Source of the DNA: an uncultured Methanosarcinaceae archaeon
GTDB lineage: Archaea; Halobacteriota; Methanosarcinia; Methanosarcinales; Methanosarcinaceae
Direction of reading: 5' to 3'
DNA: 64,000 nucleotides
NCBI GenBank assembly: GCA_963733675.1
Contig: CAVTET010000007.1
Span: 1-64,000 of the forward strand
Shown: in pieces, positions 44,948-57,722 of the stretch
Position numbering within the stretch: the first letter of the stretch is position 1
Layout: every line of letters starts with the position of its first letter
Position numbers and translations under genes: made by a program
The notes under the pieces: model-generated
The model's input: the letters and a program-made list of their open reading frames with translations, nothing else
The model's database searches: none
Told to the model about the DNA's origin: nothing

Positions 44948-45312
44948 AAAATATAACTACATTTAAGTATACATACATTTTTCGCATATATTCTATATAA
45001 TGATAATTTAACTAAATAGTATTAGAAATATGTGGAATTATATCCCAAAATCGAAGCAAATGTCTTACTAAACTTAAATTATATAATTTCAATAATATAA
45101 AAATATATGGAAAAATATCTTGAAGGTACCTAGCGTGCAGAAGCATTCAAATTATGGGGTATTAGATTGGTCAAAAAGCGACTTAACCTGAGCTCACTAG
45201 TGAGACTTTTATAATAAGTTTGATGATTACCATTACCTTTTATAAAAAATGGCCCAGAACGCCTGAGAATGGCTCATCGTTGATCTGACGTAATTGGTTT
45301 AAGTAATGTGAT

Positions 45313-45438
45313 TTAAGACCATTTCACTAAGAGAAACAGAGTAAATATTCCTGCAAATATACCCACAAATACAACGCCAATCGTGACTTTAACTATAAAA
45401 TCTACTGATTGCTTCATCTTAATTTTGTCATCAAGCAT
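45313..45438 (-). CDS. 41 aa single-TM peptide (not in the ORF track)
   Basis: GGAAGTGG RBS; MLDDKIKMKQSVDFIVKVTIGVVFVGIFAGIFTLFLLVKWS. Confidence 0.6.
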   Translation of the reverse strand: MLDDKIKMKQSVDFIVKVTIGVVFVGIFAGIFTLFLLVKWS

Positions 45439-45502
45439 GTAAATAATAACCACTTCCTGGTCAAAAGTCATCAATTACTTCGTTTTTTATTGATTTAAAT
45501 GA

Positions 45503-45585
45503 TCAGGTTGATCTTGTGAGCTGCAGATGAAGAAACGCACAAGTCTGCAGCTCGATAGTAGGTATTGTTGCATGAAAGCACTGAC
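45503..45585 (-). ncRNA. Putative sRNA/leader, copy 3 (no U-tract)
   Basis: GAGCUGCAGA...UCUGCAGCUC-ACAAGAUCAAC-CUG. Confidence 0.5.
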
Positions 45586-45916
45586 ACAGTTGAGTTATAA
45601 ATAGATTTTATTGGTTATATATTGTTAAGAATATATTTTCCTAACTTAAACTAAGTAATACCACAATCATGTAGTCTTTATCTTTGGGCTGCTTAATGTC
45701 TTTGTATCTGCATGAATAGCAAACTTTTATGGGGATATAAACGTGAATATTTTGGATCTCTGGGTAAAAACGTTTGGTTCCGCCAAATAAGCCAAACTCT
45801 CTAAATAAATTTAAAAATACATCAATACTTATAGGTTGCAATTTATCTATATTGTACGGGTAATTTCTAAATATAAACCTGCATTAAATATAAAGAAGTA
45901 TATGGAGATATATAGT

Positions 45917-46054
45917 ATGATTCATTCAGATTCAAAAGTATTACCTATAATTAATAACGCTAACAATGCAGAAAAGATGGCTAAACCGGTGGCAGCTGAA
46001 TCGATCGTGAAAGCAGACTGTATAAAAACAGACTCTTCTACAAAGGCTGTTTAG
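45917..46054 (+). CDS. Conserved 45 aa small protein
   Basis: GGAG RBS; frame-preserving paralog at 62848-62985. Confidence 0.55.
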   Translation: MIHSDSKVLPIINNANNAEKMAKPVAAESIVKADCIKTDSSTKAV

Positions 46055-46490
46055 ATATAACATTAATCACTTTTTCTTTTGATAACCCTTTTTTTCGCAT
46101 ACTAGTTTAATACTTCATTGACATTTTGATCTTCACACTCTTACATAATAAATACGATATCTAATTATTTAGGAATAGCAGTTGTCATTTTTATTCCAGT
46201 ATTTACTTGATAAACCTGTGATGTTTAGAGAGTTTGATCTTTTTTAGATATATTCTCATTTCATGACTAAAACTAAGAACATTATGTAGTCATTATTTCA
46301 AAAAGTATACCAGTTGGGAATCTTCCTGATTATCAATAATTGACTGCATCTCAACCCCAACAGCATGTTTACAATTCCTGTAATAGGAGTTGAGTATCTA
46401 ATTCCTAAAAATGCCTAGATCGACCAATAATCGATCTTTGTATGCTTTATTTAAATGGTGTAGGTGAAACAGGGGCAAATCTGAAATGTC

Positions 46491-46572
46491 AAAAAAGTTG
46501 ATCTTGTGAACTGCAGGATGCCGGTTCCTACAGCCTATGAGTTGAGTGTAATTGAAGGTTTGAGAGAGTTTT
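46491..46572 (-). ncRNA. Putative sRNA, copy 4
   Basis: GGCUGUAGGA...UCCUGCAGUUC-ACAAGAUCAAC-U6; upstream ACAAAAACTATATAT. Confidence 0.6.
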
Positions 46573-47010
46573 GTAGTTATAATTATATTAGATTAGATAT
46601 ATATAGTTTTTGTATATATGGCAAATAGTATTCATGTGGACTAAATCGTACTAGATATATGTAAAACGTCATCTCTAAATCAAAACAACCACTTCCGGCA
46701 ACTTGGTTTATATATATTAAAAGTTATAAATATATATAGAAAATATCGTGAAGTCACTTACCGTGCAGTCAAATTTGGAACATGGGGAATTAAATTGGTC
46801 GAAAAGCGACTTAACCTGAGCTCACTAGTAAGACTTTTATTGTGAGTATTATGAACAACATTACCTTTGTAAAAAGACGTCTTAAAACGGCTGAGAATGG
46901 CTCACGTTGATCTAATGCGTATAAGCCCCGCTTCTATGCAAAACAAAACGAACTAAATATTAAAATACAAGACTAGCTGATATTTATTGTAAAGTAAAAA
47001 CGGTGATCAT

Positions 47011-47433
47011 ATGGTTCGTCCTTCAAAACTGACTCCTGATATACAAAAAAAAATCGGTGAAAATATTGCACTAGGGTTAACTTATAGATTGGCTGCCGAA
47101 TCGGCTGGTGTAACTTACAAAACGTTCAACGAATGGATGAACAGGGGCAAGACAGAGAAATCTGGAAAATATTATCTATTTTATAAGTACATTCAAAAGC
47201 GGAATGCTGATGCCGCAAAAGTCCTCCTGGAACGTTTAAACAAAGCAGCAGATGCTGGAAATTGTCAAGTTTGTATGTGGGTGCTCGAACGCCGTTTTAG
47301 TGACGACTTTGGAAGGCGGATCTATAGGAAAACAAATGTTATCTCAGAGAACATAAATGAAAATGTTGAACTAACGATCGAGGAAGGAGATCAAATAAGA
47401 AAACAAATTTTAGCGAAGTTTGATCGGAGTTAG
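47011..47433 (+). CDS. HTH protein resembling phage small-terminase-like proteins
   Basis: RPSKLTP...AAESAGVTYKTFNEWMNRG HTH; C-terminal WVLERRF.DDFGRR. Confidence 0.6.
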   Translation: MVRPSKLTPDIQKKIGENIALGLTYRLAAESAGVTYKTFNEWMNRGKTEKSGKYYLFYKYIQKRNADAAKVLLERLNKAADAGNCQVCMWVLERRFSDDFGRRIYRKTNVISENINENVELTIEEGDQIRKQILAKFDRS

Positions 47434-47542
47434 AAAAATCACCAGTTATTAGCTGATTAAGATTTTCTTATCTAAAACTGAGATGTTTTTAACAGAGAGT
47501 TATTCACTACTAATATAATCCTATGATCAATTGTAGCTGGAC

Positions 47543-48022
47543 TTACCAAAATCGCCACCATGGTTTACTTTTTTCTGCGGTCTCCGGAAGCAGCTTAATG
47601 TTTAGCCTGCTATTTTCTTGAATTACCGACTGCAAAGAAAACGCCTGTTTGTCTATCTGTTGATCCTTAATTGCTATTTGATTATCTTTTATCGCGATTT
47701 GCCCTTTCAAAAATTCCACTTGCGCCAATGCGTCAGAAAGTCTCGATTTCAATTCAATGGCGCCGTTGGTGTCATGGTTGTCACCATCGGCGTAATCGTT
47801 GGCGTCAACGTTGGCGTTACGGGCGTCTGTGCTTTTGTACGTGGTGCCACGGTTGGTGCCAGTGGTGCCGCTTGGCGCAATGGCGCCTTCCTTTATTTCT
47901 ACGAGAAGTTCTAAAGCTTCGTTTATAGCTTGCGCCGCACTGGCGTAATGCTGGCGTATCCTGGTGTCTAACTCTTTTGTTATTCTTGCTGACACACGTA
48001 TCCGGTCTTCTACTGGCGCCAT
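47543..48022 (-). CDS. RHH plus coiled-coil protein ending KPWWRFW
   Basis: RIRVSARIT strand-helix-helix, coiled coil, amphipathic tail. Confidence 0.75.
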   Translation of the reverse strand: MAPVEDRIRVSARITKELDTRIRQHYASAAQAINEALELLVEIKEGAIAPSGTTGTNRGTTYKSTDARNANVDANDYADGDNHDTNGAIELKSRLSDALAQVEFLKGQIAIKDNQIAIKDQQIDKQAFSLQSVIQENSRLNIKLLPETAEKSKPWWRFW

Positions 48023-48497
48023 AGTTGGATATATTTGGCGCCAGTTTTAAAAAGGTATCGTTTGTCATTAGTAAAGTAGCTTAGAAGATCGATATTGATC
48101 CACACGAGATATTTTTTATTTTCATAATGTATGCAATCATGTATTCAAACTGTAACAAATTATTTTTACAATATCAAAAGACTCTCTTAATCATATAAAT
48201 CAACGCTTGCCAAATTTAACAAACGCTGTTTTGGCGGTGGTGAGAGAATATAAAAAATGTAAATTGTCAGGATTATCTAAATAAAGATATAAATAAAAAA
48301 TATTTACTAGTTAACGATTGTTGGTCTTTAGTGCATTATTGTACAAAAAACTCATTGTAAGTGCGTATGAAATATAGGATTTTTTTTGATCATATAATAC
48401 AACACAGTATGTTTTAACAATAGATTATTATAAAAATAATTTTCTTGAATTCACTTAACTTAAAATCGATATTCAGTGGATGTATGACAGTTAACCT

Positions 48498-48813
48498 ATG
48501 TTTTTCTTACTATTTTTTTGCATTTACTGGGGGGTATAAATCGGTAGAATCTTGAATATTCCTGTAAACTATGGAATGATTGAGATTATAGACACATAGG
48601 TAAAAATTGGTAGTGTCGCGAATTTGCTGTAAATTCAAGGTTGGATTTCTGTTTACGGTTTTAAATTTTGTTCTTCGCACATAAACTTTTCTACCCAATG
48701 ACTTTTAGGTATTTCGATTTTACAGAAAAATCGGCACGCTTTAACAAAGTTAACAGGCAAGTAAAAGAGTCATGGACTAACCTATTGGAGTCAATAAAAC
48801 TGCACTTTGAAGC
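48498..48813 (-). repeat. Right terminal inverted repeat
   Basis: ...TGGAGTCAATAAAACTGCACTTTGAAGC. Confidence 0.92.
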
Positions 48814-49072
48814 TTTTTAAGCTTTTAAATAGACTCATATAGCTACCTGTATTGAAAGTCGTTTCCTCGCTTTTTTAACAACTAACTCAGAAGGAGGGAT
48901 AAGATCATCAGAGAAAATAGGTATCTATAACCAAGAGTAAAAATTTAAAATAACTACTTACATAATAGTATATTGTAGCATATACCAAATTGATCAAAAA
49001 AAGTAAGAAATATCGGCGGATTTGTACGATGAACCGAGAAATAAATATGAACGCAGAAAAGGAGATTGAGTA

Positions 49073-49562
49073 ATGGCAACTTTAACAGTTCTGAAGTTTG
49101 ACACCGCTGATGGTGCAGAAAATGAACTTGAAGTAATTGAAGATTTAAGTAAGCAACAAATGATAAAACTACACGATGCAGCTATAGTCACTTGGCCTGA
49201 GGGGAAAAATAAACCAAAAACAAAGCATTTGATCAATTTAACTCGCATAGGTGCACTGAGTAGCGCTTTTTGGGGGTTGTTATTTGGGATTCTCTTCTTT
49301 ATTCCTTTGGTTGGTATAGCCGCTGGGGCTGCGCTAGGTGCGGTAGTGGGTTCAATGAAACATGTGGGGATCGAATGAAGATTTCATAAAATCTATCCGC
49401 AGCAAGGTGACTGAAGGAACTTCAGCTCTCTTTCTTATGACTAGCGATGCCGTGGAAGATAGGGTAATAGAAGCTATGAAAAAATCCAAGTTTGAAATCA
49501 TTGCCACCAACATGTCAAAGGAAGAAGAAGAAAAGATGCGTGCAACCTTTGCAGAAGAATAA
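49073..49562 (+). pseudogene. DUF1269-like membrane protein, frameshifted
   Basis: DAAIVTW..., GALSSAFWGLLFG, then DFIKSIRSKV.EGTSALF in another frame. Confidence 0.8.
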
Positions 49563-49684
49563 AGTTCGCCAAAAAATTCAGTTTTACCAGGGAGTAAACT
49601 CTCTGGGAACTACTTTTGAAAATATACATTCTATGCACATCGTTTCACATAATTGCATTAAATGAGCTAAATTACTAATCGTGT

Positions 49685-49771
49685 GCGAGAGTAGCACAAT
49701 TAGTCGAACTACATCAGATTTAGAATCTAATTTTGTAGGAGTTCTGTGTTCAAATAGTACCTCTCGCACCA
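49685..49771 (+). tRNA. Degenerate tRNA-Leu(TAG), probable pseudogene
   Basis: GCGAGAG/CTCTCGC acceptor stem plus ACCA, TCAGA-TTTAGAA-TCTAA anticodon arm, long variable arm, GTTCAAAT; D and T stems disrupted. Confidence 0.7.
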
Positions 49772-49787
49772 AGTAGGAGTTGAGATT

Positions 49788-49937
49788 ATGGAAGAAACAA
49801 TCTGGTATCCTTCAGAATGGAAATGTAAATGCCCACACTGTGAAGCAACTAACACATGTTCTGTGCCTCAGAAAGATCTTGTGTGCACAGAATGTGGAAA
49901 AGCATTTGCAGTTTCTGTAGCGCATACAGAAGAGTAA
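49788..49937 (+). CDS. 49 aa zinc-ribbon protein (not in the ORF track)
   Basis: AGGAG RBS; CPHC...CTECG. Confidence 0.75.
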   Translation: MEETIWYPSEWKCKCPHCEATNTCSVPQKDLVCTECGKAFAVSVAHTEE

Positions 49938-50219
49938 TTAAGCCATATATCAGAGAAATCTAATTTGCTAGCAATAGGGCTTACACAGTTGAACTGAAAA
50001 ATCTATAGCATTAAACCACATTGTTTATTGTACTTAATTTTACATCTCAAATGTGTAGGGCCAAATAAGTATATTTCAACGACATGAAATTCCACTGCAA
50101 AAATGAAAATCTCATAATTTATGGTTGTGGTGCAAAAATAATATTTCTGCGGTTTGATACTATAATTTTTGCAACGGAACCATCAATCCTTCATAGAATT
50201 GCTGCTGAATTTGAATTGT

Positions 50220-50489
50220 TTAATCTTTTTCCCAGAATTCCTCAGCTTCTCTTTCCATCTTTTCCAGCCTGTCATAGTAATCCGGAAATTCATTCAGGTG
50301 CGCCAGAGCAATTTTTCCAATCATTAGAGGATCATCGTTTGTAACATTCGTTAAACTGTCCCTGGTGCCATGTTCAAGTTCCACGTCCATGCCACACCTG
50401 AACTGGTCAACATCGAATTTATCCCATTTCAGTCCCAGTTTTTCTCCAATTGCTTTTGCTTCTTCAGCCGTAAATACCAAAATTATCAA
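50220..50489 (-). CDS. Conserved small protein (DUF5661-like)
   Basis: GMDVELEHG...IALAHLNEFPDYYDRL. Confidence 0.75.
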   Translation of the reverse strand: MIILVFTAEEAKAIGEKLGLKWDKFDVDQFRCGMDVELEHGTRDSLTNVTNDDPLMIGKIALAHLNEFPDYYDRLEKMEREAEEFWEKD

Positions 50490-50635
50490 CTCAAATAACT
50501 AATAATACTTATTTTATAGATAAGGATACTCGCGCTAAAAATGAGTTGTATATATGGTCCAGTTGCAAAAATATTATTTATGCAATAACAGTATTAGTTG
50601 CTGTGTCTATAACTAAAACAATGTTATAAACAAAG

Positions 50636-51086
50636 TCAGCCACATATACTTTTTTTCCGTCTGCAGTTGCTGCAAATGCCAAATATGTTAAAATTCCATC
50701 CTCCAGCAGAAAAATCTACTTCATTTGATATCCGATCCACAATTTTAGAAATAAGGGGATATGTGCAGTCATTGATGCTTTTGCACTGGAGGCAAACCAA
50801 ATGCGTGTGTGGCTTCATATTGGGATCAAATCTGGCCTGATCTTTATCTAAATTCAATTTCTGGATCAAACCTGCCTCTTTCAAAATTTAGAACAGTTTT
50901 ATAAATTGTTGCAAGACTGACTGTTGGATAAACCTTCTTTACTTCACTATAAATTCCCTGAGCCGTTGGGTGGGCATGAGTGTGGAGAACAAATTGACCG
51001 ATCACTATTATCTGGGGCGTGGCCTTGTATCCTTTTTCGTGGAGAGCTTTGATTATGGATGAGTATGAGTCCTGAAGGCTATTCAT
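50636..51086 (-). pseudogene. Fur/PerR-family regulator, frameshifted
   Basis: HPTA..IY...VSLATIYK in one frame; HTHLVCLQC...GICSNC in another. Confidence 0.88.
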
Positions 51087-51523
51087 ATCCCATTATTATG
51101 TAATAATCAATATTAACTAGATATCCATGGTTATAGTAGTTGAATACTGAACTGGAATAAGTTCTTCAAGGATAGTAAAATATTAGTAATGATTAAAGGA
51201 GGAAATATAGATAAAATAGGAGTCATAAGATCTAAAGTAACAAACTTCCAGGATTGGAAAGTAAAATTCGACAAGAGGATGAAGATTTGAAAAAATAGCG
51301 AATGGGCTTTACATGAGCTGTATTATGATGAAGCCTATTAAGAGGCTTATGTCGTTCATATCTTAAAAGATGACAAATTGGACATGGCAAAACAGCATTT
51401 AAGAATTTCAAGCACGTGGGAAGCGAACCGAAATTAGGTCTTCTAGCAATCGGAACTCAATTCTTCCAAGAGGAGACAAGATTGAAGAGATTGCATACCA
51501 GAGATTTATTCTTGAATTTTTAG

Positions 51524-53737
<2,214 letters not shown>

Positions 53738-53765
53738 TCGTAGTATAAACGTCTTCAAGGGCTTG

Positions 53766-53969
53766 AAGATCTTCAAAACAAACGACTGTGCTCAGGCTGA
53801 AGAAAGGTATCGGTCGCTTGATAAGACAGGATAGGAACATATGATTGGCAACCTTGTGGCCGACCTGAGCCATGTCACCATTTTAGCTATTCAAAGATGT
53901 GCAATCGAAAACTTGCGGTAGGCTGATGAGACTTTGGCAACATATGCAGCAAAAGGGTTGAGCCTTTAG
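53766..53969 (+). pseudogene. 3' remnant of a monofunctional catalase
   Basis: NDCAQAEERYRSLDK.*EHMIGNLVADL...IQRCAIENLR*ADETL...AKGL resembles the KatE C-terminal domain. Confidence 0.65.
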
Positions 53970-54069
53970 ATGTTGAGTGGGGCCTGATAGACTTTACTGA
54001 TCTATGAAGAGACACAGATCATTCAAGTTCCTCTCGATTTATAAGTTTTGAATTAGAACTAGTGAGAGA

Positions 54070-54338
54070 ATGAAGAGCTTAAAGGGAACTAAGACCTAGA
54101 AGAATGTATTGCTGTCCTTCGCCGTAGAATCTCAGGCCAGGAATAGATAAAACTATTTTGAATTTCAGGCCAAAGAAGAAAGCCATGAGCAGATAGCAGC
54201 CAATTCCTGGACAGCAGACAATGAAAAAGAGCATGCTAAGATATTTTTCAAGCTTTTAGAAGGTGGAGAAGCGAAGATCACAGGTGCATTCCCTGCCAGA
54301 GTAATCGGGAACACCTTGGCAAATCTCAAAGCTGCTGG
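54070..54338 (+). pseudogene. Rubrerythrin 5' fragment
   Basis: MKSLKGTKT*KNVLLSFAVESQARNR*...TADNEKEHAKIFFK. Confidence 0.85.
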
Positions 54339-54474
54339 TGCCATGTTTTTACACTTCATTTTATTCCTCAAAGTAATAACACCCCCCACTCCCCAATATC
54401 AAAAAACCGATGCCTATTTACTTTTTTAACTTCTTTCTCTTTAACTAAGCTTTAAATGTGTACAGCCTATTTAT

Positions 54475-54501
54475 ACATAGGTTTTGTATCAAAATCTCTT
54501 T
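54475..54501. other. 27-bp 11-5-11 site
   Basis: ACATAGGTTTT-GTATC-AAAATCTCTTT. Confidence 0.5.
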
Positions 54502-54799
54502 ATTTCCTAAATTTCACAAGAAATAAAAAATATTGATTTAATTCTCATGGAACCCTTGGGACTCATAGAGCATAAACATATGAAGCGTTTTGTAGCTTAC
54601 ATCATAACTCAGACTAGCAAACATAAAAGCAAATTGAACTGAAAAAAACAGGATTATGAAACAACTTAGCGGATTGTTACAGATCCTAAATTTAAATTAA
54701 ATACTAATAATTTGACGTTAAAATACTTATCTGTATATATTATAAAATTTAACCGTTACTTTTTTTAAGTAGAAATAGTTTGAAAAATCAAATCCAAAA

Positions 54800-55190
54800 T
54801 TAAATGTCAAAAAACAAATTTTCGATATTAATAGATCCACTATAGACTGAAGTGGCACCCCCTCTATTGACATTTAAACATATAATTTTGTGCTGAAAAA
54901 AATCCAAATGGAAAGTTTTGATTTATAAAAAGTAAGAAGTCTCGTGTCATGTTTATGATTTACATATATAAATAATTTATTATTTTATCTAACATAATTG
55001 ATTTTTTACCTTCAATATTTTAATGTCAATTGGGGGGTGTATGCCAGCATTTCACTACTTAGCCGATATGGAATTAAATGTCAATCTGGCAAAAAATAGC
55101 TTTAATTTCTTAACATTTGGATTAAACGTCATAAATGTCTATAGTTGTCTCACAAAAATAGACATAATCTTACATACCTCAAATGACATT
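54800..55190. other. Candidate replication origin (G-string inverted repeats flanking an AT-rich core)
   Basis: CACCCCCTCTATTGACATTTAAA (54856) and TTTAATGTCAATTGGGGGGTG (55019) plus extra AAATGTC copies; upstream of cdc6. Confidence 0.6.
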
Positions 55191-55193
55191 TAA

Positions 55194-56453
55194 TTGATCA
55201 TGCAATCTGAAGACATAGTGACAGATCTTGATGATTTCTTTGGAGAAAACAATAATACAATAGTAAAAGATGCTCAAGCATTATCTTTAGATTACGTTCC
55301 TGAACAAATAGTTGGGCGGAGAGCCGAGATAACAGAACTTGTAAAAATCTTTAAACCAATAGAGTTTAAAGGATATCCTTCTAATGCGACAATATTTGGT
55401 AATTCTGGATATGGAAAGACTGTAGTTGCCAAGTTTGTTCTCCAAAAGCTTATGGAGCGTGTAGAGAAGAAAAAATTATTGAATCACACACTAAAATGGG
55501 TCTATATTCAGTGCAAAAAACATAAAACGGAGATAAAAGTCCTGTTTGAAACAATAACTCAATTAGATTCTAAAACAAAAGTGCCTAAAACTGGCTTGTC
55601 TCCAGGTGAATATTACGATGCTTTATGGGATCTAATCAAAGAGCAGAATATCTCTCTTATTGTAGTTCTCGATGAAATTGATAAATTGAAAAGTGGTGAT
55701 CTTTTATATAATTTAAGTCGTGCTGGTGAATCTCATCAACTTCCAGAACGTCATTTTCTAACTACGATAGGCATTTCAAACGATTTTGAATTTGGTAAGT
55801 ATCTTGACACTAGAACAAAATCATCAATGAATTTCAAAGATGTGGTTTTCTCGGCATATAATGCAGAACAGATAAAAATGATTCTTTTTGACCGTGTTAA
55901 AATTGCATTTAATCCGGGGGCAGTCTCCAACGAGACAATTGAGTTATGTGCTGCAATTTCAGCTAAGGCTCACGGAGATGCTCGCAAAGCTATCGATCTT
56001 TTAAGGGCAGCTGCTATCTATGCTGAAGAGAATGGATATGAGCAGGTACTTCCAGAACATATTGACAAGGCTTTTGAAGAACTGGATGGAGATAGAATGA
56101 TAAAATTTATTCCAAAACTTGCTTTGCATGATAAACTTGTCCTATTATCAATTGTGAAAACAACTAACTATAATAAACAAATTACAAATGTTAGACAAGT
56201 TACTGCAATGTATAATAAACTTTGTGATGAGATTCAAGAAAAAAGGAAAGGGAGAACAACTGTTTCAACTAAGATAGGAGAATTACTCACGATGAGCTAT
56301 ATTAAAGTTCTTTCTGTTAGAAAGGGACGTGGAGAAGGAGGACGAGAGGTAGAATTAAATGTTTCTTCGCGACGTGTTTTAGAAGATGTGTTGTATGAGG
56401 ATTATAACCTGGGAGACTTAAGAGATTTTAATCCAACGATGTTTTCCAATTAA
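55194..56453 (+). CDS. cdc6: Orc1/Cdc6 replication initiator
   Basis: DYVPE.IVGR, GNSGYGKT, VLDEID, GDARKAIDLL, C-terminal wHTH. Confidence 0.93.
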   Translation: MIMQSEDIVTDLDDFFGENNNTIVKDAQALSLDYVPEQIVGRRAEITELVKIFKPIEFKGYPSNATIFGNSGYGKTVVAKFVLQKLMERVEKKKLLNHTLKWVYIQCKKHKTEIKVLFETITQLDSKTKVPKTGLSPGEYYDALWDLIKEQNISLIVVLDEIDKLKSGDLLYNLSRAGESHQLPERHFLTTIGISNDFEFGKYLDTRTKSSMNFKDVVFSAYNAEQIKMILFDRVKIAFNPGAVSNETIELCAAISAKAHGDARKAIDLLRAAAIYAEENGYEQVLPEHIDKAFEELDGDRMIKFIPKLALHDKLVLLSIVKTTNYNKQITNVRQVTAMYNKLCDEIQEKRKGRTTVSTKIGELLTMSYIKVLSVRKGRGEGGREVELNVSSRRVLEDVLYEDYNLGDLRDFNPTMFSN

Positions 56454-56992
56454 TTCTTTTTGTAATCCATAAACGCACATGTTTTAAAGTGAAACATCTA
56501 TATTTTTTAATCTAGTGATAGCCTGCATACGATTCATTACTTAGTTCTAATGTCTTATGTTGATTAAGGATCCAGAAGTCCAACATTTTTTTAGAATGTA
56601 TATCTTAGACTATTTAGTTAGTATAATAAATACATATAAAAAATACTAAAAATATATATTCTTTGGTGTTCATTTAATATCTTAGGACCCATAAATGCAC
56701 TATGGCATAGATCTCAAAATAAAATGTCTTAGCGTGATTATGTGTCTAAAATGAAAAAGCATCAAGTAGCTCTTCGATGTATAGTGTATCTTACCCACAA
56801 CTTATAAAACTATTTTTTATCTATCTTTGAATATACGATATCAGTGGGATGCATGGTGTCTCAAGGATCATAGATGACAGTAAGCTTTTCTGGTAAATAA
56901 TTATTTTTTCTGGTAAATAATTATTATTTCTAAAATATTATATCTAATTTTAATAGGTCCTAGCCTTTTAACTTCCATAGACTCAAAACAGA

Positions 56993-57264
56993 AATAGGGC
57001 AATATCGATTAGTACAAAGAATATCGTTATTGCCCTGGAGATTCGGCGCCCAATTACTTAAAATTATCCATGGAGTTAACATGTATCAACATGAAATTAA
57101 CAACAATAAATTATTGTTTGTGCAGTTGGTGGGATGATCGATCCGATACTTTTAAGCTCATTTTCCCTAACAGTTTAACTTGTTCTGTTAATAGACTGAG
57201 TACTGCTCAATGGTATTGTGTTACATTGATCAAAAGCACATGTTTTACATTAAAACCTATGCAT
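56993..57264. repeat. ~250 bp dispersed repeat, copy 2
   Basis: Starts with an AGGGCAATA...TATTGCCCT hairpin and ends in the 11-5-11 site GCACATGTTTT-ACATT-AAAACCTATGC. Confidence 0.85.
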
Positions 57265-57274
57265 ATTGTCAACA

Positions 57275-57722
57275 TCACCCATAAATGTTAGTTTTTATTT
57301 GAAGATCTCTGTTGTTATTTATATTGTATATGTTTTTGATATTCTGTTCTACAACATTACGGCATGGTGAACAACATGGGCATTCACAGCAAGACTTGGA
57401 GGGCGTTATTGTTGCACTAGTATTGGGTGAAAATACTGGTTTGTAATTGTATGAACCTGTTGCATTCGCTAAATTGGTCACTGAACCATTATTAAAATCC
57501 GACTGTTTTATTGTGTAGGTAGCTGTTCCTGTAACACTGCTACCAGGTACAAGATCAGCGCTGGTTATATTGAATGTTCCAGTTATGTTGTCTGCAACAG
57601 TAATAGGTGCGGTGATATTCACATTTCCTGTGTTTGTTACATTATAAGTGTATTCGATAACCTGCCAGACAGCATTATAAGTTGATGGATATGCTGATTT
57701 TACTATTGTCAGAGCTGCAGCA
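57275..57722 (-). pseudogene. 5'-truncated surface protein with conserved Ig-like repeat (DUF11/DUF7507-like)
   Basis: LTIVKSA...YTYNVTNTGNV...LVPG....TATYTI.Q.D..NG.VTN.A.A.G; no start codon. Confidence 0.75.

Larger units (their letters stand above)
36813..48813. mobile_element. ~12 kb integrated element bounded by inverted repeats, with primase-helicase replication module
   Basis: ~315 bp inverted repeats at both ends; replication, regulator and TerS-like genes inside. Confidence 0.8.

Noticed and set aside
44502-46572. CRISPR array interpretation of the hairpin repeats
   Set aside because: Spacing is irregular (370-990 bp), the loops vary, most units have their own promoter- and terminator-like signals, and no cas genes are present.
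36813-48813. Casposon or composite transposon
   Set aside because: No Cas1, PolB or transposase ORF; no target-site duplication; the repeats contain no credible ORF.
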